The notes beneath the pieces are model-generated. The model ran no database searches and was not told the DNA's origin. It was given only the letters and a program-made list of their open reading frames with translations. DNA of 29,802 nucleotides from a virus, in IMG/VR virus record IMGVR_UViG_3300045988_171260; one strand, given 5' to 3'. Positions 1 through 6,853 of the stretch are shown in pieces (the first letter of the stretch is position 1; every line of letters starts with the position of its first letter). Position numbers and translations under genes: made by a program.

Positions 1-218
1 TCTACTTGTAAGGCATGCTTCATTTCATATACCATAAAAAGACCAATTATAAGGCTAGATATTGCCATAGATAGAGCTGAACCTATCCAAAGCGGTAAAT
101 TAAAAAGATGGCTTATAACAAATCCAAACCAATAAACTCCTTCCATGTACAACACAATCATTCTGTACAACATAATCATTCCTAAAATACAGGCAAATCC
201 CACTAAAAAGAAAAACAT
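1..218 (-). CDS. Small 2-TM membrane protein, 5' portion; ORF runs off window start. Paralog of 654..902.
   Basis: Minus-strand ATG at 216-218 preceded by AAGGAGGG RBS (219-232 on plus). Translation MFFFLVGFACILGMIMLY...VYEMKHALQVD aligns along its length with the 82-aa product of 654..902. No stop within window. Confidence 0.55.
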   Translation of the reverse strand, partial: MFFFLVGFACILGMIMLYRMIVLYMEGVYWFGFVISHLFNLPLWIGSALSMAISSLIIGLFMVYEMKHALQV

Positions 219-228
219 TTTACCCTCC

Positions 229-531
229 TTACCACCAAAGATTATCTTTCTCAGCTTCTTCGATTTCCGCGATATGAATTTCAGTATATTCAGGTGGAAT
301 AGATGGATAAAAGAACTCTTCAATTTGCTGAATCTCTTTTATTGTAATGCCTGGTTCAAAATCGCCAGACATAACAACAGCCGCCAATGTCTGAGCATCT
401 GTAATTTCAGTGTGATTATACCACCTTTCCGCTCTTGTTTTTATAGTTGCTGTAGATTCTATAATACCTTCTGTCTCAAAATAATCTGTAACCATTTTTA
501 CCGCGATTTCAATTAAATTTGTATTCATCAT
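229..531 (-). CDS. Hypothetical soluble protein (~100 aa), paralog of 924..1220. ORF track extends to 537; second ATG preferred by RBS spacing.
   Basis: Six-frame ORF 229..537. Conserved core NWYN(H/Y)TEITDA(Q/E)TLAAV..SGDF(E/K)PGITIKEI(Q/E)QI(E/K)EFF shared with the 924..1226 product. Leader aaagaaagaggtaATGtatATG gives GAGG 9 nt before the second ATG. Confidence 0.65.
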   Translation of the reverse strand: MMNTNLIEIAVKMVTDYFETEGIIESTATIKTRAERWYNHTEITDAQTLAAVVMSGDFEPGITIKEIQQIEEFFYPSIPPEYTEIHIAEIEEAEKDNLWW

Positions 532-578
532 ATACATTACCTCTTTCTTTCTTTTGATATAATAATTATATCATAATT

Positions 579-627
579 TTTAAAAAAAATAAAGTTATAT
601 AAATATAAACAACTATTTATATAACTT
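579..627 (-). terminator. Rho-independent terminator for the upstream minus-strand cassette
   Basis: 14-bp inverted repeat aagttatataaata/tatttatataactt (592-627) followed on the minus strand by a U8 run (plus-strand A-run 583-590). It sits just before the next promoter. Confidence 0.5.
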
Positions 628-653
628 TATGCTCTATTATTTTATTCTTTTAA

Positions 654-902
654 TTAAAAGAAATCATCTTCATCTTCATCTATTGCTTTTCCATAGCTAT
701 CATCTACTTCTAAAGCGTGCTTCATTTCATAAGCCATGAAAAGACCTACTATGAAGCTAACTATTATTATAGATATAACTGATGCTACCCAAAGCGATAA
801 ACCAAAAGCACAACTTATAATAAGTCCAAGACAATAAATCCCTCCAAGGTACAACATAATTGTTCCCAATATGTAAGCAATCTCCATTAAAAAGAAAAAC
901 AT
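654..902 (-). CDS. Small membrane protein (82 aa, two predicted TM helices, acidic C-tail DEDEDDFF)
   Basis: ORF track. GGAG RBS 9 nt upstream of ATG. Hydrophobic segments ILGTIMLYLGGIYCLGLIISCAFGLSLW and VISIIIVSFIVGLFMAY. Paralog of the partial gene at 1..218. Confidence 0.65.
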   Translation of the reverse strand: MFFFLMEIAYILGTIMLYLGGIYCLGLIISCAFGLSLWVASVISIIIVSFIVGLFMAYEMKHALEVDDSYGKAIDEDEDDFF

Positions 903-923
903 TTTAATTTTCTCCTTCTCATT

Positions 924-1220
924 TTATTTTATTTCCTCCATCATCATATCTCCGTCATAAAGGATATATTCTGGCGGAGTATGTGGAAAGAAAAATTCTT
1001 TAATTTGTTCAATCTCTTTTATTGTAATACCCGGCTTAAAATCTCCTGAAAGTGTAACTGCCGCCAGTGTTTCAGCGTCAGTAATCTCAGTGTAATTATA
1101 CCAGTTTTCTGCTTTTGCTTTAAAATTTGCTTTTAAATCTAAAGTTAGCGGGAAACCCTCTAATTTAAAAAAAGTTTCAATTTTTTTCATTGTAGCTTCG
1201 ATCAGTTTTGTGTTTGTCAT
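924..1220 (-). CDS. Hypothetical soluble protein (~98 aa), paralog of 229..531. Track start 1226.
   Basis: ORF track. About 50% identity to the 229..537 product over its full length. Same promoter-leader architecture: gaggtaATGcatATG. Confidence 0.65.
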   Translation of the reverse strand: MTNTKLIEATMKKIETFFKLEGFPLTLDLKANFKAKAENWYNYTEITDAETLAAVTLSGDFKPGITIKEIEQIKEFFFPHTPPEYILYDGDMMMEEIK

Positions 1221-1299
1221 ATGCATTACCTCTTTCTTTTGATATGTTTATTATATCATAAATTTTAAAAATAATAAAGTATATTTCTTTTATTAAGAT

Positions 1300-1347
1300 A
1301 AAAAAAATTATTATAATTAAGCAGTATTTTATACTGCTTAATTATAA
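1300..1347 (-). terminator. Rho-independent terminator ending the AAA/SprT operon
   Basis: Perfect 16-bp inverted repeat ttataattaagcagta/tactgcttaattataa (1311-1347) with a 5-nt loop. On the minus strand it is followed by a U8 run (plus-strand A-run 1300-1307). Confidence 0.6.
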
Positions 1348-1364
1348 TATAAAATAAAATTAAA

Positions 1365-2477
1365 TTAAAGTGCATAATGAATTCTTTCACTAGGAATTTT
1401 TTTAATCAGCATATATTCTGGTTTTGCAGAAATATATTTATTGTAAAGCTCTAAGCTTTGTTTAACTTCTGAATCATTTAAGCTTTCATTAATAACACAC
1501 TGTAAAGATTTACCTGGAATAATACAGCCATGTTCTTTATTGTAAATAGCATCTTTTGGGTTGAAAGTACACATTAGTACGTCAAACTTAAAAACGCTAT
1601 CTTCAAATTCATAGATTCTGCTCTTATTATCAAACATATCTACTAAACAATGGGGACATTCCGCAATAGCTCCATTCGAAAAATGAATAGTTAAATTATA
1701 ATTATCACCAGTAAGATGCAAAATATTCAAATCTTTAATAGCCTCTTCAAAAGTTTCTTCGTTTTGTAATTCAAAAGCAATGGCTCTTAAACAATCATAA
1801 TTCAAATATATTTTTTCTGAAAAACTAATTATTTTATCAATTTCTTTATATTGAGATTTTAAGAGATGATCTTCCATATACTCACGAATTTCCTCTGGGG
1901 TCGGATATTCAAAGCGGAAGTGATAATGAAAACGCCCTGGTCTATTAACTAAATAATTATTTAATCCTGTTAAAATATTACAAGTAATAACAAAAAGTTT
2001 TTTACCCATGGCTATTCCATCAAACAAACTTAGCAATTCTGTTTGAGCTTTTTCATTTCCACTTCTGGAAAAAGTCTTATCAAATTCATCAAAAAGAATT
2101 ATCACTTCTTGATTAATAGAGTTAAGATAACTTGCTATACCAGGTATATAGTTATTGACAATAATAATTGGATAACCTTTTTTAATACCTTCAATAGCAA
2201 GAAGTTTTGAGAATAGAGATTTACCAATCCCTTTATCCCCGCTTAATATAACTCCTAAGTTGCGGTCAAACTTAGCGTAAGACCTTAGTACTTTCTGTAC
2301 TTTTGATAAATGGACACCATAAATTTTTTCATTTACTTTAATTTCTGCATATTTTTCTAAAGAAAAACCAGAATTGGGATTAAAACAAACTTGATACGAT
2401 TGCGGCGGGAGTTGCGTATAAATTTGCATACTGTCATCATAAATTTTAAAGTTATTTCCAGTATTTATTGCTCTCAT
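1365..2477 (-). CDS. AAA+ ATPase of the classic clade (370 aa) with a Cys-containing C-terminal extension
   Basis: Walker A GDKGIGKS. Walker B IILFDEFDK. Sensor-1 VITCN. Second region of homology RPGRFHYHF (the RPGRF arginine-finger signature typical of FtsH/p97-type AAA proteins). C-terminal CPHC...C...C. Confidence 0.85.
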   Translation of the reverse strand: MRAINTGNNFKIYDDSMQIYTQLPPQSYQVCFNPNSGFSLEKYAEIKVNEKIYGVHLSKVQKVLRSYAKFDRNLGVILSGDKGIGKSLFSKLLAIEGIKKGYPIIIVNNYIPGIASYLNSINQEVIILFDEFDKTFSRSGNEKAQTELLSLFDGIAMGKKLFVITCNILTGLNNYLVNRPGRFHYHFRFEYPTPEEIREYMEDHLLKSQYKEIDKIISFSEKIYLNYDCLRAIAFELQNEETFEEAIKDLNILHLTGDNYNLTIHFSNGAIAECPHCLVDMFDNKSRIYEFEDSVFKFDVLMCTFNPKDAIYNKEHGCIIPGKSLQCVINESLNDSEVKQSLELYNKYISAKPEYMLIKKIPSERIHYAL

Positions 2478-2526
2478 AAAGTATTCCTTTCTTTTATTTA
2501 TATTATAGTATATTTTTTTAAAAAAA

Positions 2527-3033
2527 TCAATTCCAATTTTGCACGATTCTCAGAGGAGCGTTACAACAACCAGAAGCCAAAGCACTTTCTCCTCTTGTTA
2601 AAGAGGAAGAAACATCTCCACGAGCTACTAGTTTACCGCATTTTTTGCAATAGATTTCATACTTATACAGATCACGATGAGGTTTCCATATCTGTCTTTC
2701 CGCGAATCGTTTAGGATTTTTAATTCCCATTCTTCGCATCTCTGCTTTCCAATACATATCATGACCATGAGGTTTTCCAGTATCCCATATTACAAAAGCA
2801 TGAGCCAATTCATGCATTGTCGTAGTAATAATTGCTTCTTTTGTTCCAAATTTTAATAATTTTTCAGAAAATTCAATAGATTCAATGTTCATAGTACGAT
2901 CATTTGTATGTTCAAATACAACTCGACCTAACATAGTAACTAAATTAGGATTAATTACGATTGGACAGTAAATTGTTTTATTTCTTTCTTTTGCGATATA
3001 ATTACATAAGCTAAGCATTTCTTTTTCAGTCAT
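2527..3033 (-). CDS. SprT-like zinc metallopeptidase (168 aa) with C-terminal zinc ribbon
   Basis: HEXXH motif HELAHAF followed by GKPHGHD. C-terminal YCKKCGK...GCCNAPL zinc ribbon. GAGG RBS. Co-oriented and adjacent to the AAA gene. Confidence 0.75.
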   Translation of the reverse strand: MTEKEMLSLCNYIAKERNKTIYCPIVINPNLVTMLGRVVFEHTNDRTMNIESIEFSEKLLKFGTKEAIITTTMHELAHAFVIWDTGKPHGHDMYWKAEMRRMGIKNPKRFAERQIWKPHRDLYKYEIYCKKCGKLVARGDVSSSLTRGESALASGCCNAPLRIVQNWN

Positions 3034-3202
3034 ATATTATATACCTCTTCATATTTTATTTTATTTCATTTCAATAGAGAATTACAGTATTAATTCTTAG
3101 TTAATTGTTATTAACTATATAACTTTTTTCTTTTAATATATATATATTATATTATAATTTTATAAAAAAATCAATGAGAAATTATCGGCAAGTAGTTAAA
3201 TA

Positions 3203-3231
3203 TTGAAAAAGTATAAAAAATATGTTATAAT
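3203..3231 (+). promoter_or_regulatory. Sigma-A-type promoter (TTGAAA-17-TGtTATAAT, extended -10)
   Basis: ttgaaa at 3203-3208, 17-nt spacer, tataat at 3226-3231 preceded by TGt. The ORF-track TTG start at 3203 is actually the -35 hexamer. Confidence 0.55.
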
Positions 3232-3265
3232 ATTTAATATAAACAAGAGAAAAGAGGACACGGGA

Positions 3266-3442
3266 TTGACAAGAGAAGAATTAAGTGCGGAATTGGGTAT
3301 AAGTGAGAATAGAATATTACGTCACTGGCGGGAAGTGTGTAATAGCTATGAGCGGATTGGGATTAAGTTGATTAAAAGAGGGAAGGGAAAAAACGCGGAG
3401 TATGGTATTTTAAAAAAAGACGAGACTATAGCAAGATTTTAG
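3266..3442 (+). CDS. Small HTH DNA-binding protein (~58 aa, TTG start)
   Basis: In-frame TTG at 3266 with AAGAGGA RBS 7 nt upstream and downstream of the promoter. Product LTREELSAELGISENRILRHWREV... has a helix-turn-helix pattern. No in-frame ATG after the promoter. Confidence 0.5.
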   Translation: MTREELSAELGISENRILRHWREVCNSYERIGIKLIKRGKGKNAEYGILKKDETIARF

Positions 3443-3946
3443 GTGTAGGTGAGGGTATTTATGGTAACGGTTGAAAATACAGATGGGACTATAGATGTGT
3501 ATGGTAATCTTGGTTGCGTAATCATATAAATATAGAGCGAAACAAAAGAGAAAGAATCGGGGAATTATGTAAATATTTTATTTCTGGAAAAATATGTGGC
3601 GGCAAGGAGAAAATTTTAATAAAAGATATTGATAATAACTATACTAGATGTCTTTCATATGAATCGGAATAAGAAGAGGAGTTTGTTGCGGATGAAGCTG
3701 GATATAAAGATCTTTGAAGTAAGAATTGCCGCATATAAAAAATAGAGGATTTTCTTTGGAGAGAATTTTAAGATAAGAGGATATTATGACGAGAAAAGTT
3801 TAACTGTTTTGTTGAAAGACGAAATTAAATGTCGAAATGTACACTTTTTCAACAAAATTGTTAAAAAAATATGTTTATATTAAAAGGACGAAATTTGTTA
3901 AGTTTCTTCCAAAAATTTTAAAGAAAAGTGAAAGGAGTTTAACAAA

Positions 3947-4561
3947 ATGGAAAATTTAACGAATATAATGTATTTATATCTATTGATTCATCAAGGACAT
4001 TTTGAAAAGGTGAATTATAGTAAGATATCTAAAGAGTTAGGTGTAACTAGACAAACACTATCAAAACAATATAATTCATTACTAGATAATGAAATGATAA
4101 TAAAAGATGATTTTGGTTTTATTAAAGTTAAAGAAGTTTTAGAATTTGATGAAGAAGATTTAGAAATTATTAAAAATAAAATAGTAGAATATCCTTCTTC
4201 TTATATTGGATATTTACTATTAAAAAGAAGATTATTATACGAAACAGATGCTTCTATTTGTAGTATACTAAAGATAAGTGAAAAATTTATTAAGAATTAT
4301 CAACAAAAAATTATTTTTGATAAGAATAATGGAGAAGAAGATGTAGTAAACTATATATATGCTATTGTTTTAAATAAAGAAATAAAGTACGTAGGTTCAA
4401 CAGAAGATTTAATAAACAGGATACAAATTCATTGCAATAAAAGAAAGTTTTTAGCAGAGAATAATTTTATTATTTTAGAAAAATGTTCGAGGAAGAATAG
4501 ATTTGATAGAGAATCTTTTTATAGAAAGTTATTTAATCCAGAATGGAATACAATTATTTAG
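3947..4561 (+). CDS. HTH (winged-helix) protein fused to a GIY-YIG nuclease-like domain (204 aa)
   Basis: GAAAGGAG RBS. N-terminal ISKELGVTRQTLSKQ HTH. C-terminal NYIYAIVLNKEIKYVGSTEDLINRIQIH matches the GIY-(10 aa)-YIG and conserved-Arg spacing of GIY-YIG domains. Confidence 0.7.
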   Translation: MENLTNIMYLYLLIHQGHFEKVNYSKISKELGVTRQTLSKQYNSLLDNEMIIKDDFGFIKVKEVLEFDEEDLEIIKNKIVEYPSSYIGYLLLKRRLLYETDASICSILKISEKFIKNYQQKIIFDKNNGEEDVVNYIYAIVLNKEIKYVGSTEDLINRIQIHCNKRKFLAENNFIILEKCSRKNRFDRESFYRKLFNPEWNTII

Positions 4562-4572
4562 AGGAAGGAAAA

Positions 4573-4932
4573 ATGGAAACTAGAGAAAATCAAAAGGTGG
4601 TTACAACTATGAAAGCTTTACATGACAGTAATAATTTATATTCTCCAGTTAATATTGAAGCAGCAAGTAAAGCAATGTCTTTGTTAAAACCTAATACTTT
4701 TAAAATTTGGTTTTATTTAGGAAAAAACCAAGATCAATATACTTTTGCATTATCTAAAATAGATGTTATGAAATTTTGTAATATATCGCGGTCTACTTAT
4801 TTATCTTCTATAAAGGAATTGATTGATACACATTATCTAGTTCCAGATAAAGATGGCTCTAATCATTATAATTTTTATGAATTTCCTCAAGAAGTAGAAG
4901 ATGATTTGATTATAACAATAAATAAAGGATAA
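4573..4932 (+). CDS. Hypothetical DNA-binding (winged-helix-like) protein, possibly replication-associated. Track start 4543.
   Basis: In-frame ATG at 4573 (METREN...) with GAGGAAGGA RBS. Segment KIWFYLGKNQDQYTFALSKIDVMKFCNISRSTYLSSIKEL resembles an initiator or replisome-organiser wHTH. Functional call is inference. Confidence 0.55.
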   Translation: METRENQKVVTTMKALHDSNNLYSPVNIEAASKAMSLLKPNTFKIWFYLGKNQDQYTFALSKIDVMKFCNISRSTYLSSIKELIDTHYLVPDKDGSNHYNFYEFPQEVEDDLIITINKG

Positions 4933-4942
4933 AATAAAGATA

Positions 4943-4982
4943 GGTATAATTTTAATACCCTTAAGGGTATTAAAATTATACC
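4943..4982. repeat. 40-bp perfect palindrome (ggtataattttaataccctt|aagggtattaaaattatacc). Candidate bidirectional terminator or cruciform.
   Basis: Read directly from the sequence. Lies 11 nt after the stop of 4573..4932, at the point where plus and minus transcription units converge. Confidence 0.8.
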
Positions 4983-4984
4983 TC

Positions 4985-5204
4985 AGTGGTATTAAAATTA
5001 TACCAGAAATAATACATATATTATATTATAAAAGAAGTAATTTCATTACTTCGTATTCAAGCACTTCGTGCTTTCATACTCGTAATGAAATTACTTCTTA
5101 GCCGCCGATAATTTTGTAAAATGTCGAAAAAGTGTAACACAATATAATATAATATAATAGTGGTATTAAAATTATACCAGAAATAATACATATATTATAT
5201 TATA
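4985..5204. repeat. ~46-bp direct repeat, two copies at ~4985-5030 and ~5159-5204. Each contains the hairpin tggtat-taaaat-tatacca followed by an (ATATT)n-like AT-repeat tail.
   Basis: agtggtattaaaattataccagaaataatacatatattatattata occurs twice. The second copy runs into atattatattatattatataataataat. Confidence 0.75.
5032..5099. repeat. 68-bp near-perfect palindrome with 18-bp perfect outer arms (aagaagtaatttcattac ... gtaatgaaattacttctt) and an inner agcacttcgtgct hairpin
   Basis: Read directly from the sequence. Outer arms are exact reverse complements. The centre contains a 5-bp stem with a TTC loop. Confidence 0.75.
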
Positions 5205-5227
5205 TTATATTATATAATAATAATATA

Positions 5228-5262
5228 GGTAATGTATCATACCTTCGGTATGATACATTACC
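5228..5262. repeat. Perfect 16-bp stem hairpin with a TTC(G) loop (ggtaatgtatcatacc-ttc-ggtatgatacattacc)
   Basis: Exact inverted repeat read from the sequence. The loop resembles a UUCG-type stable loop. Confidence 0.8.
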
Positions 5263-5340
5263 TTAGTGTAAATTAAAATGAAGAGTTTTATACGGGGTGG
5301 GGTATTTAGTAGTTGAATCCGCTCTGTTTTAGAGGGACTC

Positions 5341-6108
5341 TTGTTTAATTTTAAAATGTCAAGGAACGTTTTAAAAAATGATTTGAAAATTTTAAGGTTT
5401 AAGTAAATTAGGAAAGTTTTTCGGAAGGCATGAGAAAAAGTAAGAAAAGAAGTATGGTATATTTAGAGAATGGCAAAGAATATTACTGAATAATAACAAA
5501 GAGTTAGAGAGTTTTGTTAAAAACGAGTTATGGTTTTTTGGTTAGAAAAGTGTGGAAGAGGGTATTTAAATTATAAGAGAAGTATGGGAGTGCGGAGTTG
5601 AGTTTAATTAAAGTGCTTCCGCATTTAAAAAGCAAGGTTAAATAAAAATTGCGGGTTACAGAATTACTTAAATAAAATTATTAAAGTTTTGCGTGAGGAG
5701 TTTGATTTTGGAGAGAATTAAGGGTAGCTTTAATAAAATATAAAGATTGGATTAAAGGTGCGTAAGATTAAGATAATAAAATATTTTAGAATTAGAGGGA
5801 ATTGAGGATAGGTTAGCAAAAATAATAAGACTGAGCAAAGAGAATTTAATGTTTGGGTTAAGAGAAAGTATAAGTTAGATTAAGAGAGAAGAAGGTTGAA
5901 GTATATAAAACAATAAGCGGAAGTGAGGATTTTGAGATTGGGTTAAGAGAGGAGTGAGATTAGAGTGAGAGAGCGTAGAATTGGAGTGTAGAGAGGATGA
6001 GAGTGAGGCGTGAGTGGAGAAAGGATAGAGTGAGGCTGAAAAAATGCGAGAAAAAGGTGAAAAAAATTGTGAAAAAAATTGTGAGAGTGAAGTGCTCAGC
6101 CTCACTCT
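5341..6108 (+). other. ORF-free cytosine-depleted, G/A-rich tract (~4% C on the plus strand by hand count; about 43% G and <2% C over 5940-6000). It ends in a long-range inverted repeat with tandem 12-mers.
   Basis: Hand count of C per 60-nt line over 5341-6090 gives ~29 C in 750 nt. No ORF survives in any frame except low-complexity artefacts. Degenerate repeats include gggttaagaga x2 and gagtgag(g) several times. gtgaaaaaaatt occurs twice in tandem (6057-6080). Confidence 0.7.
6024..6108 (-). terminator. Candidate terminator for 6135..6530: 13-bp arms agagtgaggctga/tcagcctcactct around a T-run-rich loop
   Basis: On the minus-strand transcript the stem gagtga/tcactc is followed by acaatttttttcacaattttttt. 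Non-canonical long loop, hence modest confidence. Confidence 0.35.
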
Positions 6109-6134
6109 CCCTATCCTACCTACCTCAGAGCTCT

Positions 6135-6530
6135 TTATACAAGCCCAGAGAGGATTTTTCTAATAATTTCATCATCTGATAAAGCTTTTTCATTCTCCCG
6201 TTTTACATCTCTTTTTAAATCTGTATCTACTCTTTTAATTCCAAATGATCTTCCCCTTGGAATATCACCCATTTTACCAAAAGCTTCAATAGTCTTTTCC
6301 ATCTTAGTAAACTCTGTCATAAGATTTTTTCTATCCTCAGTAGACTCTTTTTTATCAATAGCTCCAAGAGCAATTCCATACGCTACAAACGCGTCAACCA
6401 ATTTGTTTCTCGCATCTACAATCGCCTTTGTGCGGGTTTCCTTAGTCTGCTCCGCCTCGATTTCAGCTCTTACCGCCTTAAGAATTTCATCTGTTGTTTT
6501 GCCTTCTGCGATCATTCTTTTAATATCCAT
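6135..6530 (-). CDS. Hypothetical protein (131 aa), charged and helical
   Basis: ORF track. GGAGAA RBS. Own promoter at ~6578-6606. No recognisable motif. Confidence 0.65.
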   Translation of the reverse strand: MDIKRMIAEGKTTDEILKAVRAEIEAEQTKETRTKAIVDARNKLVDAFVAYGIALGAIDKKESTEDRKNLMTEFTKMEKTIEAFGKMGDIPRGRSFGIKRVDTDLKRDVKRENEKALSDDEIIRKILSGLV

Positions 6531-6577
6531 AGTATGTTCTCCTTTTGAAATGTTTATTTGTTTTTCTTTATGTATAT

Positions 6578-6606
6578 ATTATATCAAAAAATTATAGAAA
6601 ATTCAA
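6578..6606 (-). promoter_or_regulatory. Sigma-A-type promoter (TTGAAT-17-TGaTATAAT) for 6135..6530
   Basis: Reverse complement reads ttgaat tttctataattttttga tataat; extended -10 TG present. Confidence 0.5.
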
Positions 6607-6853
6607 AGGGGAAGACATCTTTCTAGCTATTGTTGGGCTTAATTAATTTCCAAAAATTTTAAATGAGATAAGGCTCGACGTAAAAATGGAAGGCGGAAAA
6701 TAAAAATGGCTTTTTTTACTATTGTATCATATATTTTGTTAAAAATCAAGCGGAGGGAGGTGAGGTATGCCATAATTGCGGGATTCTAGAGTAGTGATTC
6801 AAAATTCCAAACATCTAGCGAAAAAGCCCATATAGGCGATCTTTGTGGTAGGT

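Noticed and set aside
145-516. Plus-strand ORF of 123 aa
   Set aside because: Antisense to the better-supported minus-strand genes 1..218 and 229..531. Low-complexity product, no RBS.
2391-2714. Plus-strand ORF of 107 aa
   Set aside because: Overlaps the start of the AAA gene and the SprT gene on the opposite strand. No RBS. Low-complexity product.
3203-3265. ORF-track start (TTG at 3203) extending the HTH gene to 79 aa
   Set aside because: TTG 3203-3208 is the -35 hexamer (TTGAAA) of a well-formed promoter whose -10 is at 3226-3231, so translation cannot start there. In-frame TTG at 3266 with an AAGAGGA RBS is preferred.
5875-6179. ORFs 5875..6105 (-) and 5997..6179 (+) inside the cytosine-depleted tract
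   Set aside because: Pure low-complexity products (Ser/Leu/Phe or Lys/Val/Arg repeats) arising from purine/pyrimidine repeats. No RBS. They overlap each other.
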